A stretch of DNA of 64,000 bases from Candidatus Bathyarchaeota archaeon (GCA_052246995.1 JBQPWD010000007.1:1-64000), one strand, 5' to 3'; positions 1 to 10,269 are shown, numbered from the stretch's first letter. The notes: generated by a model from the sequence alone, not told the origin. A program made the numbers and translations.

Positions 1-359
1 CTTCTCACAATTCAATCTCTTGGTAAGCTTCCTTTGTTGTATAAATAAATTTAAATGATAAAGAGATGAAAGATTTCTCAATCCAGATGTAGCTCAACTA
101 CTCTAACCTTTTTGTCTGCCCGTAAATCCTCCTCCTATCTCACGTAAGAATTAAGAATGATGTTGGCGTAACGGGTTGCTAGGCGAGAATGATATTACTA
201 TTATGATTACGTAGTGCAGTATAATTTGGGCATTTTTGCTTAGCTACTAAGTATCCTTTGACCTATAGTGGGATACAAGAGCTCTAAGCAAAAAAATAAA
301 AGCACTTAACTAAAGGCCGAAATCGAGATAAGCATGTCAGTAAAAGTTATTTTATTTGG

Positions 360-785
360 TTAAGTGGTATTTGGCGGTTTCGCATCTTCACAACATGACC
401 TGTTGATTAGGTGTAGGGCTGCGAGTATTCCGGCTCTAACTATTAGGTCAGATGTGATCGTCTCATAGGTTTTTCCCTCTACCTCAATTGTTCTGCATTC
501 ATATGGGCCGCATACACCACAGCATAAGCTCTGCCCAACCTTCCCACTAAGCCAATCTTCTATTGGCCGTCCTTCAACCCAGATCCTATTAGATTCTAGA
601 GGATTTTTACTGAACTCATCAACAGAGAGTTCGTCTTTTTCTAGAGTAACCTCTATTCTGAGTGGTGCAAGAATCTGCTTAAGGATAGAAATAGCCTTCT
701 CAATCTCTTCATCCGTAGACATGCATCTCGGACATGTCTGCCCCTCATGTACAAGTCTCTGCCACCTAATTTTTAGCACTCTCAA
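360..785 (-). CDS. DUF2703-family thioredoxin-like protein (often near arsenic/metal resistance genes)
   Basis: TCPRC motif, ESNRIWVEGRPIEDWL and Cys-rich CCGVCG...CRT segment. Confidence 0.75.
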   Translation of the reverse strand: MRVLKIRWQRLVHEGQTCPRCMSTDEEIEKAISILKQILAPLRIEVTLEKDELSVDEFSKNPLESNRIWVEGRPIEDWLSGKVGQSLCCGVCGPYECRTIEVEGKTYETITSDLIVRAGILAALHLINRSCCEDAKPPNTT

Positions 786-1008
786 ATCTTTTCACCTTAT
801 TTAATCTTCCCTCATTAATTCCCTAATAAATTTGTAAATCATTATTGTACTATTACCATATATTTAAACCTCCGCAATTAGAGGAGTTGTCATTCACCAT
901 AGTCATGAATAAATTTTTAACTAGAAATATGCAAAATCACCCATATAAACGTCTTAAATCATTAAACCTTTCTTATTTTGCTAAAATACGAATTTTTATA
1001 AGCTTTTT

Positions 1009-1147
1009 TGGTGCGGGGGGTGGGATTTGAACCCACGAAGGCCTACGCCACAGGATTTCTCCTCCAAGCCTTGGATCTTAAGTTTAGCCCCAACCTCAGA
1101 TTGTGGAGGTGGGCCCTGCCCCTTTGTCCTGGCTTGGGGACCCCCGC
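1009..1147 (-). tRNA. tRNA-Leu(TAA) with introns at 30/31 (1084-1114) and 37/38 (1057-1076), CCA encoded
   Basis: GCGGGGG/CCCCCGC acceptor stem, long variable arm, T-loop TTCAAAT; removing both introns gives CAGGA-CT-TAA-GA-TCCTG. Confidence 0.88.
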
Positions 1148-1212
1148 ACCCGTCCTAAAATATTTCTATTATAGTTCCTCATTAACTTTATCCATTCTCT
1201 CTATAAAGTTTC

Positions 1213-2382
1213 TTAGAAAATCACTCTTCTCTCTTTAAGCTTCATAATTTCCATTTTTGTGTACCCCAATTCTCTTAAGATTTCCTCAGTATGTTCACCA
1301 TATTTTGGTGGTTGTTTTCTAACTTTTAAGTTTAGGTTAAAAATCTTTACCGGTATACCTGAAGTTTTTGTTTTTTCTCCTGTTTGCGGATTTCTTAAAT
1401 TAATAAGCATTTTTCTTGCCTGAATATGTGGGTGAGCTAGAAGCTCATCCAAAGTTTGAACTGGAGCTGTAAGAATATCATGCTTTCCCAACAATTCAAC
1501 AAGTTCTTCACGTGTATAATCTTTAAGCTTGTCTTCAATAATGTTTATAAGCTCAAACCTATGTTTACATCTTTCCTCATTTGTTACAAAACGGGGATCT
1601 TTAGGAATATTTCCTAAACCTACAACCTCGCAAAACCTTTTCCAGCTTTCCTCATCAACTGTTCCAACAAAAACATACCCATTTTTAACTTTAAAAGCTC
1701 TATAAGGCTCCCACCACCTATAACCTGAACCGAATTTTTCTGGAATTTCACCGGTCATGTAATAGTTTGTTACCTGCCAACCCATCCATGAGGTTACAAC
1801 ATCAAGCATAGAAATATCAATCCTACAGCCCTTACCAGTTTTTCTCCTTGAAAATAAGCATGATACAATAGCATAAGCTGCAAGTGTACCAGCACCAGCG
1901 TCAATAAACATTCCAGCAGTTCTTGCTGGAGGGGTTTCAGGTTCACCAGTAGCAGCCATAACGCCTGAAAAAGCCTGAATTAAAGGGTCAAAAGCTGGAA
2001 GATGGGAAAGTGGTCCTGTTTGACCATAACCTGAAATTGAGCAGTAAACTATTTTAGGGTTAATCCTCCTAACACGATCATATCCAAAACCAAGTTTATC
2101 AATAACGCCAGGTCTAAAGCTTTCAACAAGAATATCAGAATTCTTAACAAGTTTTTTAACAATCTTTTTACCCTCAGGTTTTTTAAGGTTTATAACAATA
2201 CCTCTCTTATTCCTATTATAAGATAAGAAAACAGCTCCATTAAGCATAAAACGGAAAACATCACCCATAGGTTGTTCAACTTTAACTATGTCAGCTCCAA
2301 GGTCTCCAAGCAACATCGTACAATATGGACCTGCACCTGCATGGGTAAAATCTAAAACTTTAACACCATCTAATGGAAACAT
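1213..2382 (-). CDS. CaiB/BaiF family (class III) CoA-transferase
   Basis: PLDGVKVLDFT..AGP, YNRNKRGI, ESFRPG, CSISGYGQTGP motifs. Confidence 0.92.
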   Translation of the reverse strand: MFPLDGVKVLDFTHAGAGPYCTMLLGDLGADIVKVEQPMGDVFRFMLNGAVFLSYNRNKRGIVINLKKPEGKKIVKKLVKNSDILVESFRPGVIDKLGFGYDRVRRINPKIVYCSISGYGQTGPLSHLPAFDPLIQAFSGVMAATGEPETPPARTAGMFIDAGAGTLAAYAIVSCLFSRRKTGKGCRIDISMLDVVTSWMGWQVTNYYMTGEIPEKFGSGYRWWEPYRAFKVKNGYVFVGTVDEESWKRFCEVVGLGNIPKDPRFVTNEERCKHRFELINIIEDKLKDYTREELVELLGKHDILTAPVQTLDELLAHPHIQARKMLINLRNPQTGEKTKTSGIPVKIFNLNLKVRKQPPKYGEHTEEILRELGYTKMEIMKLKERRVIF

Positions 2383-2510
2383 TCACCTCAACCCTGCACA
2401 TACATCAATTACACTCTACCTCTTCTTTCCCTTAAAAAGCATTACTAAACAATGAATGAGGAGAAAAGTAAAATAGTTAGTGATGTAGATTATTACGTTG
2501 GTGTAGTTTT

Positions 2511-2744
2511 ATGGTCCATGCCTTTATACTTGTTAAAAGTGCTCCTGGCAAAGATAAAGCCGTAGAAGAAAAAATTTTAAAAGTTAAAGGAGTTAAAGAA
2601 ACCCACGCAGTAGCAGGCCCATACGACCTTATAGCAGATGTAGAAGTCTCAGAATTAAAAGAGATAAGCAATCTTGTAAGGGAGAAGATAAGGATAATAG
2701 ATGGAGTAATGGAAACCTTAACGTTAATTTGTGTAAGCTGCTAA
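2511..2744 (+). CDS. Stand-alone Lrp/AsnC ligand-binding (RAM) domain protein
   Basis: AFILV...VAGPYDLIA...IRIIDGVMETLTLI pattern, no HTH. Confidence 0.88.
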   Translation: MVHAFILVKSAPGKDKAVEEKILKVKGVKETHAVAGPYDLIADVEVSELKEISNLVREKIRIIDGVMETLTLICVSC

Positions 2745-2877
2745 AACTGGTAATAAAGCCCTATAAAAGTGGCTTTTTCAGCCGTAACAAATATACAAAA
2801 TGGGTCTACGAGAACAAAGACACGGTTAAAAGCTACATAACCAAGCCTATTTTGAGAAATGTTTAACAATAAAGGAG

Positions 2878-2993
2878 TGGTGGGCCCGCCCGGATTTGAA
2901 CCGGGGACCAACAGGTTATGAGCTTCAACCCTTTATCTTGGTCTGTCGCTCTTTCAGGCAAGATGTTAGGTAACCTGGCTGAGCTACGGGCCC
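2878..2993 (-). tRNA. tRNA with CAT anticodon, probably tRNA-Ile2; introns in the D-loop (2953-2971) and at 30/31 (2924-2942), CCA encoded
   Basis: GGGCCCG acceptor stem typical of archaeal Ile tRNAs; spliced arm ACAGG-CT-CAT-AA-CCTGT; BHB central helices CAGG/CCTG and CGAC/GTTG. Confidence 0.85.
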
Positions 2994-3034
2994 TAAATAG
3001 AAAATGTTTAAAGGAAATTTAAGATTTTCTAGTG

Positions 3035-3532
3035 TTAGGTTTGTTCTTTTTCCTCTTTTTCTAATCTTTCAAGCTCTTTTCTTAAAAAATCTTTGTACTT
3101 ATCTATTATCAGCTTTTTCTTATCCTTTGCAAGCCCCTCCAATTCTTGTTGAAGTGCTAAAGCAAGACGCATCATTCTGTCTAAAGCTTCTTCAACAATT
3201 ACTTTTCCTGTTAAAAGAAAACGTAAACCTAAACGTCTTAGTACTTCAATTTGATTTTCAATCTGCTCTCTAAGTTTTGCGTAATCTTCAAGAGCTTTCT
3301 CACCTTTTGCAGTTATCTTAAACTTTCCACCTTCAGTTTCTTCAACTAGTCCTTCAGCTAGAAGTCTTCCAAGTAAGGGGTAAATTAATCCTGGAGATGG
3401 TTTCCAAAGCCCCCCGCTTCTTTTTTCAGCTTCATCCATTATTTCTTTACCAGTTAAAGGCTTTTCTTTTAACATCTGCAGAACATAGAATCTTGTAAAG
3501 CCTCTTGGAATCAAACTTTTGGTTTTTAGCAT
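3035..3532 (-). CDS. PadR family transcriptional regulator with C-terminal coiled coil
   Basis: WKPSPGLIYPLLGRL...FKITAKG signature. Confidence 0.9.
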   Translation of the reverse strand: MLKTKSLIPRGFTRFYVLQMLKEKPLTGKEIMDEAEKRSGGLWKPSPGLIYPLLGRLLAEGLVEETEGGKFKITAKGEKALEDYAKLREQIENQIEVLRRLGLRFLLTGKVIVEEALDRMMRLALALQQELEGLAKDKKKLIIDKYKDFLRKELERLEKEEKEQT

Positions 3533-3543
3533 ATTTTCATCAT

Positions 3544-3580
3544 TATCTCTAGAGATATTTAAACATATCGCTAAAGATAT
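3544..3580. promoter_or_regulatory. Two palindromic operators (TATCTCTAGAGATA and ATATCGCTAAAGATAT) flanking a TATA-like TTTAAA upstream of padR
   Basis: Palindromes at 3544-3557 and 3565-3580 share TATC-N6-GATA. Confidence 0.65.
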
Positions 3581-4669
3581 CTAAAAACTTTTCATTTCTT
3601 CAAGTCTTCTGGGCAGATAATCATCAACAATCTTTGTCAACCCGTATCTGCTAAAAGCTTCCTGCTCAGCTTTTCTCTGAATGTTGTAAAAAACCTGAAT
3701 CTCCCTAAGCCAAATTTCTCCACCATATCTTGGATCCTTCTCCAACTCCTTCAACCGTTTAACATCAAGCTCATTTAACCTTTCACTAGGAAGTTTAAAG
3801 GTTACAATATCTGAAGCCCAAACACCAGCCCATTTAGCATCCGGCGCTGTAAGCTCTTTTAAATGAGCAGCATTAGCTGAACCTGAAATTATTACTTGAG
3901 CTATATGCATACCCCAAGGGTCAGCATCACAAAAAATGTATACTGGCAGGTTAAGCTCCTCGTTTAATCTGCGAATTAAGTGACGTGTTGCTCTTGGAGG
4001 TTGTCCTGCAGTATGTATAACTATTGCATTAAACTTTTTATGAGCCTCCTCCTCAAGCAACCTTGTAAACATTGCACCCTTCTCAATACATAAAACAATT
4101 TCAGCACTAGTATCAACAAAATCGGCTGTTGCCAACGCAGGACCAATCATAACACCATCCGGATGTACTGTAAGATTTATTCTTTTTCCCTCATACCTCG
4201 GCACGGTATACTCTATTGTTAAATCTCCATAAATTGCACTACGCTCCTCAGGGAAAACGTTAAAATCTTCACGCGCATAGGATATTATACTTTCAAGGTC
4301 TGTTATAATGTCGTCTGATTCAGATTGATCTGCAAAATCAACTTCATAGGCCTGAGACATGTAAAAAATATCCCTTAAAGTACATGTTTTACCCTGATTT
4401 ATAAGTTGGTAGGCAATATCTGCAAGCCAAATAAGCTGGGTAAAAGGTCTAAGATGCCTAATGTTCCGCGTGGTTCTTTTAACACGTTTATCACCCAAAA
4501 CATACTGCCTTAACTTTTCATCATAATAGATGTTTTTTGTAGACCTGCTTGGCATCTCAACATACGGGAAATTTTCATTTAAAAGCTGCTCGTAAACTTG
4601 TTTTCCAAGCTTTTTAAGAACTTCTAAAACTTCACCTTTCCTAATCTTCATCGATTTTTTCTGCGCCAT
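3581..4669 (-). CDS. top6A: DNA topoisomerase VI subunit A
   Basis: TLRDIFY catalytic Tyr, IEK and DADPWG TOPRIM motifs. Confidence 0.97.
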   Translation of the reverse strand: MAQKKSMKIRKGEVLEVLKKLGKQVYEQLLNENFPYVEMPSRSTKNIYYDEKLRQYVLGDKRVKRTTRNIRHLRPFTQLIWLADIAYQLINQGKTCTLRDIFYMSQAYEVDFADQSESDDIITDLESIISYAREDFNVFPEERSAIYGDLTIEYTVPRYEGKRINLTVHPDGVMIGPALATADFVDTSAEIVLCIEKGAMFTRLLEEEAHKKFNAIVIHTAGQPPRATRHLIRRLNEELNLPVYIFCDADPWGMHIAQVIISGSANAAHLKELTAPDAKWAGVWASDIVTFKLPSERLNELDVKRLKELEKDPRYGGEIWLREIQVFYNIQRKAEQEAFSRYGLTKIVDDYLPRRLEEMKSF

Positions 4670-6203
4670 ATTTAACCACCCTCCTTAATAAAGGTTTAAC
4701 GTCGGGAACATTCTTACTTCCAGCAAGTTCAGCTGAAAAATTAGCAATTTTTGGAAGATACTTTTCAAAAATATCAAATTTTCTTTTCTCCATTTCAATT
4801 GTTCTTCTTCTTGTAAGATAAAGAGAAAGGTCTCTTAAAGTTTCCCTAAGCCCCCCAAGTATTTCCCTCTCTATTTCAGGAATATCCGCAATAAACTCTT
4901 TACCAACACTCCTATAAGGAATTTTTGTAGAGCATATATGTACAAAAACCGCTATGGGCGAATTTTGAATATCAATTTTATAATGACGCCAATTTATTAG
5001 GTTGTGAATAACTTTCCAAGAAACATCACTAGCCTCATCATATAATAGGGGTATTCTGTTTGCAAACCTGTAAAGTATTACATCACCTCTTACCGGAATA
5101 TTACCTCCATAAGCAACAGCAACTTCAACAATAAATGGATAGCCAGAGTAAACCGATGGTTTACGCTGCCTAACGGATATAAATTCAGGGTTTAGTTCTT
5201 TTTGTATTCCAGCCTTAAGAAGATTTTCACCTAAGGGTGAAAGACAATCTGCTGATGGGGCTCTGAAGCCGTTAAACTCTTTCATAGCTTTTACAAGCTT
5301 AACTATTTCATCGTTCGATAAACTTTTAGGTTTTCTTTTCTCAGGCATGTTTGCAAACTTTAAAAACTTTTTAGCAGTAGTTTTCCCTATTCTGTGAAAG
5401 TGAAACATCATAAAGCTTAACATATCCCTACATTTTGTTACACTTATTATGCGCTTAATTGTTTCAACATCACAACCATAAGGATGGGGTTTTATTTCTA
5501 TTGGAGGTTTAGGAAGTTGCGAAACAGCCCTTTCAAACCTGTAAAGTCTACCTTTAGCATCAACAAACGTGATGTTTGCGTATGGAGCAACTATTGCTGT
5601 CTGCTTAAAATATTCCAAGATTTTTGAAGATGCTCTTGAGAAGTCTCCCTCAATCTTAACCTCAATAACTGTTCCATGCCAATGGTCCTCATTCTTGTAA
5701 GTTTTATGTTTTAAAACTACTGGCTGGTTACGCTGAACATCTATCATTAAAACATACTCGTGTATTGAATGTCTTCCTGTTGAAGAAATAACCTTTACAG
5801 GACTATTAGTGGTTATTTGCCCATAAAGTATAGCCATTGTCCCTCCTAAGCCAAAAGTCCCTCTTGACTGTCTTAGCCTATATTTTGAACCGTAAAAGAC
5901 TTGACCAAAAGCAGAAGGGATGTGCTGCGGAGGAACACCTGAACCGTTATCCTCAACATGTAAAATGTAAACATTAGCATCTCCACTATCCTTAGATTCT
6001 TCATCAACGCTAACCCTAACATATACGTCAGGTAAATAACCGTAAAGTTCGCTTGCATCAAGAGAATTTTCAACAAACTCTCTTATGGCTGAATAGATAG
6101 CCCTTACAGGATTACTAAAACCAGCAATATCTCTATTCCTGTAGAAGAAGTCTGCTGGACTTATCTCGCAAAAGTATTCTTCTTTAACAATTTTATTAGA
6201 CAT
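4641..6203 (-). CDS. top6B: DNA topoisomerase VI subunit B
   Basis: EFVENSLDA, EDNGSG, QSRGTFGLG GHKL motifs; RFANRIPL. Confidence 0.97.
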   Translation of the reverse strand: MSNKIVKEEYFCEISPADFFYRNRDIAGFSNPVRAIYSAIREFVENSLDASELYGYLPDVYVRVSVDEESKDSGDANVYILHVEDNGSGVPPQHIPSAFGQVFYGSKYRLRQSRGTFGLGGTMAILYGQITTNSPVKVISSTGRHSIHEYVLMIDVQRNQPVVLKHKTYKNEDHWHGTVIEVKIEGDFSRASSKILEYFKQTAIVAPYANITFVDAKGRLYRFERAVSQLPKPPIEIKPHPYGCDVETIKRIISVTKCRDMLSFMMFHFHRIGKTTAKKFLKFANMPEKRKPKSLSNDEIVKLVKAMKEFNGFRAPSADCLSPLGENLLKAGIQKELNPEFISVRQRKPSVYSGYPFIVEVAVAYGGNIPVRGDVILYRFANRIPLLYDEASDVSWKVIHNLINWRHYKIDIQNSPIAVFVHICSTKIPYRSVGKEFIADIPEIEREILGGLRETLRDLSLYLTRRRTIEMEKRKFDIFEKYLPKIANFSAELAGSKNVPDVKPLLRRVVKYGAEKIDED

Positions 6204-6412
6204 CTTTGTTCAGCTTTCTATCTAAAACTTTTCAATTACTAATACAAATACATATTGTTAAGCTTTTTTTACTATACATTTTAATACTCCTAAAAATTAA
6301 GTTTAGACATAGAAGAAATGTTGTATCAGTTGAGGTTTACATACTCTATAAATTAGCACGATAATGTAAAAAACGGATAGCAGAAAAAACATAAATAAAA
6401 ACTGAAAACTTG

Positions 6413-6994
6413 CTATGAAGGTTTTTCCCATAGGTCAAGTTTAGACTTCTTTAGTTCACTACGTTTTCTTCCAAGAAAACGGTAAACTGTTTTATGGGGA
6501 GATCCTTTAATAAGCTTTTCAACAGCTTCCTTAGCAATTTCAATGCTTTCCACAACCCCTATAATGGCTACGGTATGACCGTAAACTGAAACATCTACTC
6601 CTGCTGTTTCCTCGATTATTCTACGAGTTTTACCACCCTTACCAATAATTCTACCCTTAACTCTTGTCAGGTTACTTTTAGATTTACCTAAAACTTCCCT
6701 TAAATCTATTATATGCAAATAGTAGTTATCATCTAAAAGTTTAAAGGCCTTTTCAGGAGAAAAACCTCTACCGATAGCCAGAATTATGTTCTGAGCTTTA
6801 AACAGTAGAGTGGGATCGGGTGTATCATCACCAGTAATGATACAAACTTCACCAGTTTCACCATCAATGTTAAGTTTAACTTTACATACAGATTCTATTC
6901 TCTGCTTAATTATACCGTCCTTACCTATTAACACACCTATCCGTTCAACAGGAATTTTTACCCTGAAAATTTGTCCTACTCCCCAGTTATCCAT
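6413..6994 (-). CDS. KH-domain rRNA processing protein Dim2/Pno1
   Basis: IGVLIGKDG, GRGFSPEKA, GRIIGKGG; adjacent to rio1. Confidence 0.93.
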   Translation of the reverse strand: MDNWGVGQIFRVKIPVERIGVLIGKDGIIKQRIESVCKVKLNIDGETGEVCIITGDDTPDPTLLFKAQNIILAIGRGFSPEKAFKLLDDNYYLHIIDLREVLGKSKSNLTRVKGRIIGKGGKTRRIIEETAGVDVSVYGHTVAIIGVVESIEIAKEAVEKLIKGSPHKTVYRFLGRKRSELKKSKLDLWEKPS

Positions 6995-7782
6995 TTGTAA
7001 GCATCCTCCTCATTGAGGACTTCAACACCAATTTTTCTAAAAAACCTATTGATGTTAAATATGTCTCTTTGGAGAAGTCTCTCAGCTAATGAATGAGTTA
7101 TTAAAATAGCTTGCGACATGTCAAAGATTACTGGCTGCTCATTCTCCAAAACCATTATGTTATATTCGCTTAAATCCCCATGTACAAGCTCACCACTTCT
7201 ATAAAGAAGTTTAACGTTCTCTAGAACCCTTAGATAAAATTTTTTAGGGTTTGTTAACTCAACATCCTTTAGTAACGGAGCAGGAACTCCGTTTTTACCG
7301 ACAAACTCCATAACAAGAACATTATTTTCAACAATGTAGGGTTTTGGAACTCTAACACCAGCTTCATAAGCCTTTTTAAGGTTTTTAAACTCTTTTAAAG
7401 CCCAAGCATATATTAACGACCTTGTCCCACGTTTTACATGTTTAAACCTTTCATCACCCTCAATATATGGAAGCATACCCTTTTTAAACTCGGAGGAAAC
7501 TGTCAAAAAAATTTTTACTGCAAGCTCCTCCCCGTTTGGAGATAAACCTCTATAAACCTTAGATTCTTTGCCACTTTTAACACTACCATAAAGTTGGTTT
7601 AAAATACCCTTATTCATTAAGTGATAAATAGTCATTAAGGTTGGCTTATCAAAAACTTCTTCTAAAACCTCGTATTCTTCTGAATGTTTAATCTTCATTC
7701 GCTGCGTTTTATCGTACATTCTTTCTTTATGTAAAAGTTTTTCTTCAATTTTTTTCTTTGTTAAAAATTTTTCTCCAACCAA
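6976..7782 (-). CDS. rio1: Serine kinase/ATPase RIO1
   Basis: SGKESKVY, VHGDLSEYNI, IFDMSQA. Confidence 0.95.
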   Translation of the reverse strand: MVGEKFLTKKKIEEKLLHKERMYDKTQRMKIKHSEEYEVLEEVFDKPTLMTIYHLMNKGILNQLYGSVKSGKESKVYRGLSPNGEELAVKIFLTVSSEFKKGMLPYIEGDERFKHVKRGTRSLIYAWALKEFKNLKKAYEAGVRVPKPYIVENNVLVMEFVGKNGVPAPLLKDVELTNPKKFYLRVLENVKLLYRSGELVHGDLSEYNIMVLENEQPVIFDMSQAILITHSLAERLLQRDIFNINRFFRKIGVEVLNEEDAYKWITGE

Positions 7783-7800
7783 AAATATGTTCTCCCAAAT

Positions 7801-8106
7801 TTAAATATTCATTTTTAAGTAGCCGTTGGCCTTTAACCAGTCAACTTGATTCATCGTGTATCTCCAAACAACATCACCCCTTGAAGAATCAAATTCCCAA
7901 GGGGATACTAAAACAACATCTCCCTCCCTAATCCAGACTTTACGTTTAAGCTTACCACTTATTCTGCAAAGTCTTTCTTTCCCATCGTCACATCTAACAA
8001 CAAGCCTATCATAACCAAGCATTCTTACAACAACACCTAAAACTTGACCTTCACCTGGAAGAACAAGCTCTTTAAGTTCTTCCTCGCTTAAAACCTTCCT
8101 CTTCAA
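7801..8106 (-). CDS. eif1a: Translation initiation factor aIF-1A
   Basis: CRISGKLKRKVWIREGDVVLVSPWEF. Confidence 0.96.
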   Translation of the reverse strand: MKRKVLSEEELKELVLPGEGQVLGVVVRMLGYDRLVVRCDDGKERLCRISGKLKRKVWIREGDVVLVSPWEFDSSRGDVVWRYTMNQVDWLKANGYLKMNI

Positions 8107-8193
8107 GCAATTCCACCACTACTTAATAGATGTAGTAGTAACATATGAATAAAAACATTTTAAGGTAATTTTAGAATTGAATTTATTAGAAGT

Positions 8194-8544
8194 TTAACGC
8201 ATTTTTATAAGCTGGGCATGTGGAATGCCGCCAATCCATAATACTCCTGATGAGCTTATAAACCCTTTTTCCACAGCTAAACTTACAGATTTTTTACCAA
8301 CAATATTTGCTATAGTAGCCTTTTCAACATACTGGATAACATCAGTAAGCTTAACTTTAACTCCGCGGTAAAATTTTTCTTTAACATCAAGCTTTAAACC
8401 CCTATCTTTATCCTCAAATACTTTACCTAGAACATCCTCATCGCAGACAGCTACAATAACATCGTTTCTAACCTTCATAACCTTAACGTATACATAACAT
8501 ACTTTATTATCAGCGTCTTTTTCGTTTTCATCTCTGTTTGGCAA
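8194..8544 (-). CDS. DUF424 family protein
   Basis: VAVCDEDVLGK, FYRG, ANIVG, IGGIPHAQ. Confidence 0.9.
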   Translation of the reverse strand: MPNRDENEKDADNKVCYVYVKVMKVRNDVIVAVCDEDVLGKVFEDKDRGLKLDVKEKFYRGVKVKLTDVIQYVEKATIANIVGKKSVSLAVEKGFISSSGVLWIGGIPHAQLIKMR

Positions 8545-8569
8545 TACAAACTACTTCCAATTTTGTTTA

Positions 8570-9004
8570 CTAAATACTTCTAATAGAGGATTTAGCCCCA
8601 CATGCCTCGCAAACTATAAATCGGAAACGTTCTTCTTTAATTATCCTAGTATCAGGACTTCGGCAAACAGGACATATCACATACTCTTTTACATAAGATT
8701 CAACTAAGCGTTTTATAGTTTCAACATTAAACTTACCATGAAAAACAGCTTGCTCACCTTCAATAGCTGCAGCTGTAGCCATTTCCTTAGCTAGAAACCT
8801 TAACAGGTGGTTTTCATCTCTTCTAATGGTTTCACTTATTTGCCTAAAGTTTTTAATAAATGTTCTATTTCCAACAACCATATGTTTAACGTCGGGAATT
8901 TCAAATCTTCCAGTTCTTTTAGATGCCATGTTAGGTAATTTTGAGAGAGCTCTATTAAGCATACTCACATATTCCTTCTCCGCATTCATGTTAACTAACA
9001 CCAT
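8570..9004 (-). CDS. eif2b: Translation initiation factor aIF-2 beta
   Basis: YVICPVCRSPDT...CEACGA zinc ribbon. Confidence 0.96.
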   Translation of the reverse strand: MVLVNMNAEKEYVSMLNRALSKLPNMASKRTGRFEIPDVKHMVVGNRTFIKNFRQISETIRRDENHLLRFLAKEMATAAAIEGEQAVFHGKFNVETIKRLVESYVKEYVICPVCRSPDTRIIKEERFRFIVCEACGAKSSIRSI

Positions 9005-9009
9005 TATTC

Positions 9010-10269
9010 TTAAGTTGTTCCAGCTTCCCAGCTTTTAATGTATTCTTCTTGCTCCTCTGTTAACCTGTCTATTGATATATTTCTGACTTCCAAAGCTAAA
9101 CATGCAACCTTACTATCTATCTCATCAGGAACCCTGTACACACCAGGTTTAAGTTTACCTTTTTCCCTCCATAAATATTCAATAGATAAAGCTTGATTTG
9201 CAAACGACATCATCATAACCTCAGGAGGGTGTCCCTCGGCAGCAGCAAGGTTAACAAGCCTACCCTCAGCTATAAGGTATATTTTTTTACCGTTCTTTAG
9301 CTTATACTCTTCAACATATGGTCTAATTTTTCTCTTGGAAACAGTAACACTTTCAAGCTTAGGTATATCTATTTCAACATTAAAATGTCCAGCATTGGCA
9401 AGAATAGCTCCATCTCTCATGTTTAAAAAGTGTTGAAGAGAAATCACGTTAACATTTCCCGTTGCAGTAACAAAAAAATCTCCCAGTTTTGCAGCTTCAA
9501 TTAAAGGCATAACCTGAAAACCATCCATAACAGCTTCTAAAGCTCTTAAAGGATTAACTTCTGTAACTATTACATTTGCACCCATTCCTTTTGCACGCAT
9601 GGCAATTCCTCTACCGCACCAGCCATAACCAGCAACAACAAAAACTTTTCCTGCAATCATTAAACTTGTAGCCCTAAGAATGCCGTCAATTGTGCTTTGA
9701 CCTGTACCATAACGGTTGTCGAAAAGATATTTTGTATACGCATCATTGACAGCTATAACAGGATACTTAAGTAAACCTTTTTGAGCCATGATTTTAAGCC
9801 TAGCAACTCCTGTTGTTGTTTCTTCCGTTCCCCCAACAATTTTTTCAGCAAGGTCTAGCCTTCTAGAATGCACTGTGGTTATTAAGTCCGCACCATCATC
9901 TACAGTAATTTCTGGCTTATAATCTAAAACTTTGTTAATACACCAGTAATACTCCTCAGTTGATTCACCCCTCCAGGCATAAACATTAACGCCAGTCTGA
10001 GCTAAAGCTGCGGCAACACTATCTTGAGTTGAAAGAGGGTTGGATGCACATAGAGCGACCTTAGCACCCCCAGCCATTAAAGTTTTAACAAGAACAGCAG
10101 TTTCCTTAGTCACATGAAGACATGCTCCAACAGTTAAACCTTTTAAAGGTTTTTTCTCATTAAACTCCTCCATAATCTTTGCTAAAACAGGCATCCGATT
10201 TTCAGCCCACTCTATAAGCAGGAAACCTTCATCAGCAAGAGACAAATCTTTAACTTTAAACTCGCTCAT
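9010..10269 (-). CDS. ahcY: S-adenosylhomocysteine hydrolase
   Basis: [36 protein letters not shown]. Confidence 0.97.
   Translation of the reverse strand: MSEFKVKDLSLADEGFLLIEWAENRMPVLAKIMEEFNEKKPLKGLTVGACLHVTKETAVLVKTLMAGGAKVALCASNPLSTQDSVAAALAQTGVNVYAWRGESTEEYYWCINKVLDYKPEITVDDGADLITTVHSRRLDLAEKIVGGTEETTTGVARLKIMAQKGLLKYPVIAVNDAYTKYLFDNRYGTGQSTIDGILRATSLMIAGKVFVVAGYGWCGRGIAMRAKGMGANVIVTEVNPLRALEAVMDGFQVMPLIEAAKLGDFFVTATGNVNVISLQHFLNMRDGAILANAGHFNVEIDIPKLESVTVSKRKIRPYVEEYKLKNGKKIYLIAEGRLVNLAAAEGHPPEVMMMSFANQALSIEYLWREKGKLKPGVYRVPDEIDSKVACLALEVRNISIDRLTEEQEEYIKSWEAGTT

Noticed and set aside
1008-1238. 76-aa ORF MVRGVGFEPTKAY...
   Set aside because: Antisense shadow of tRNA-Leu.
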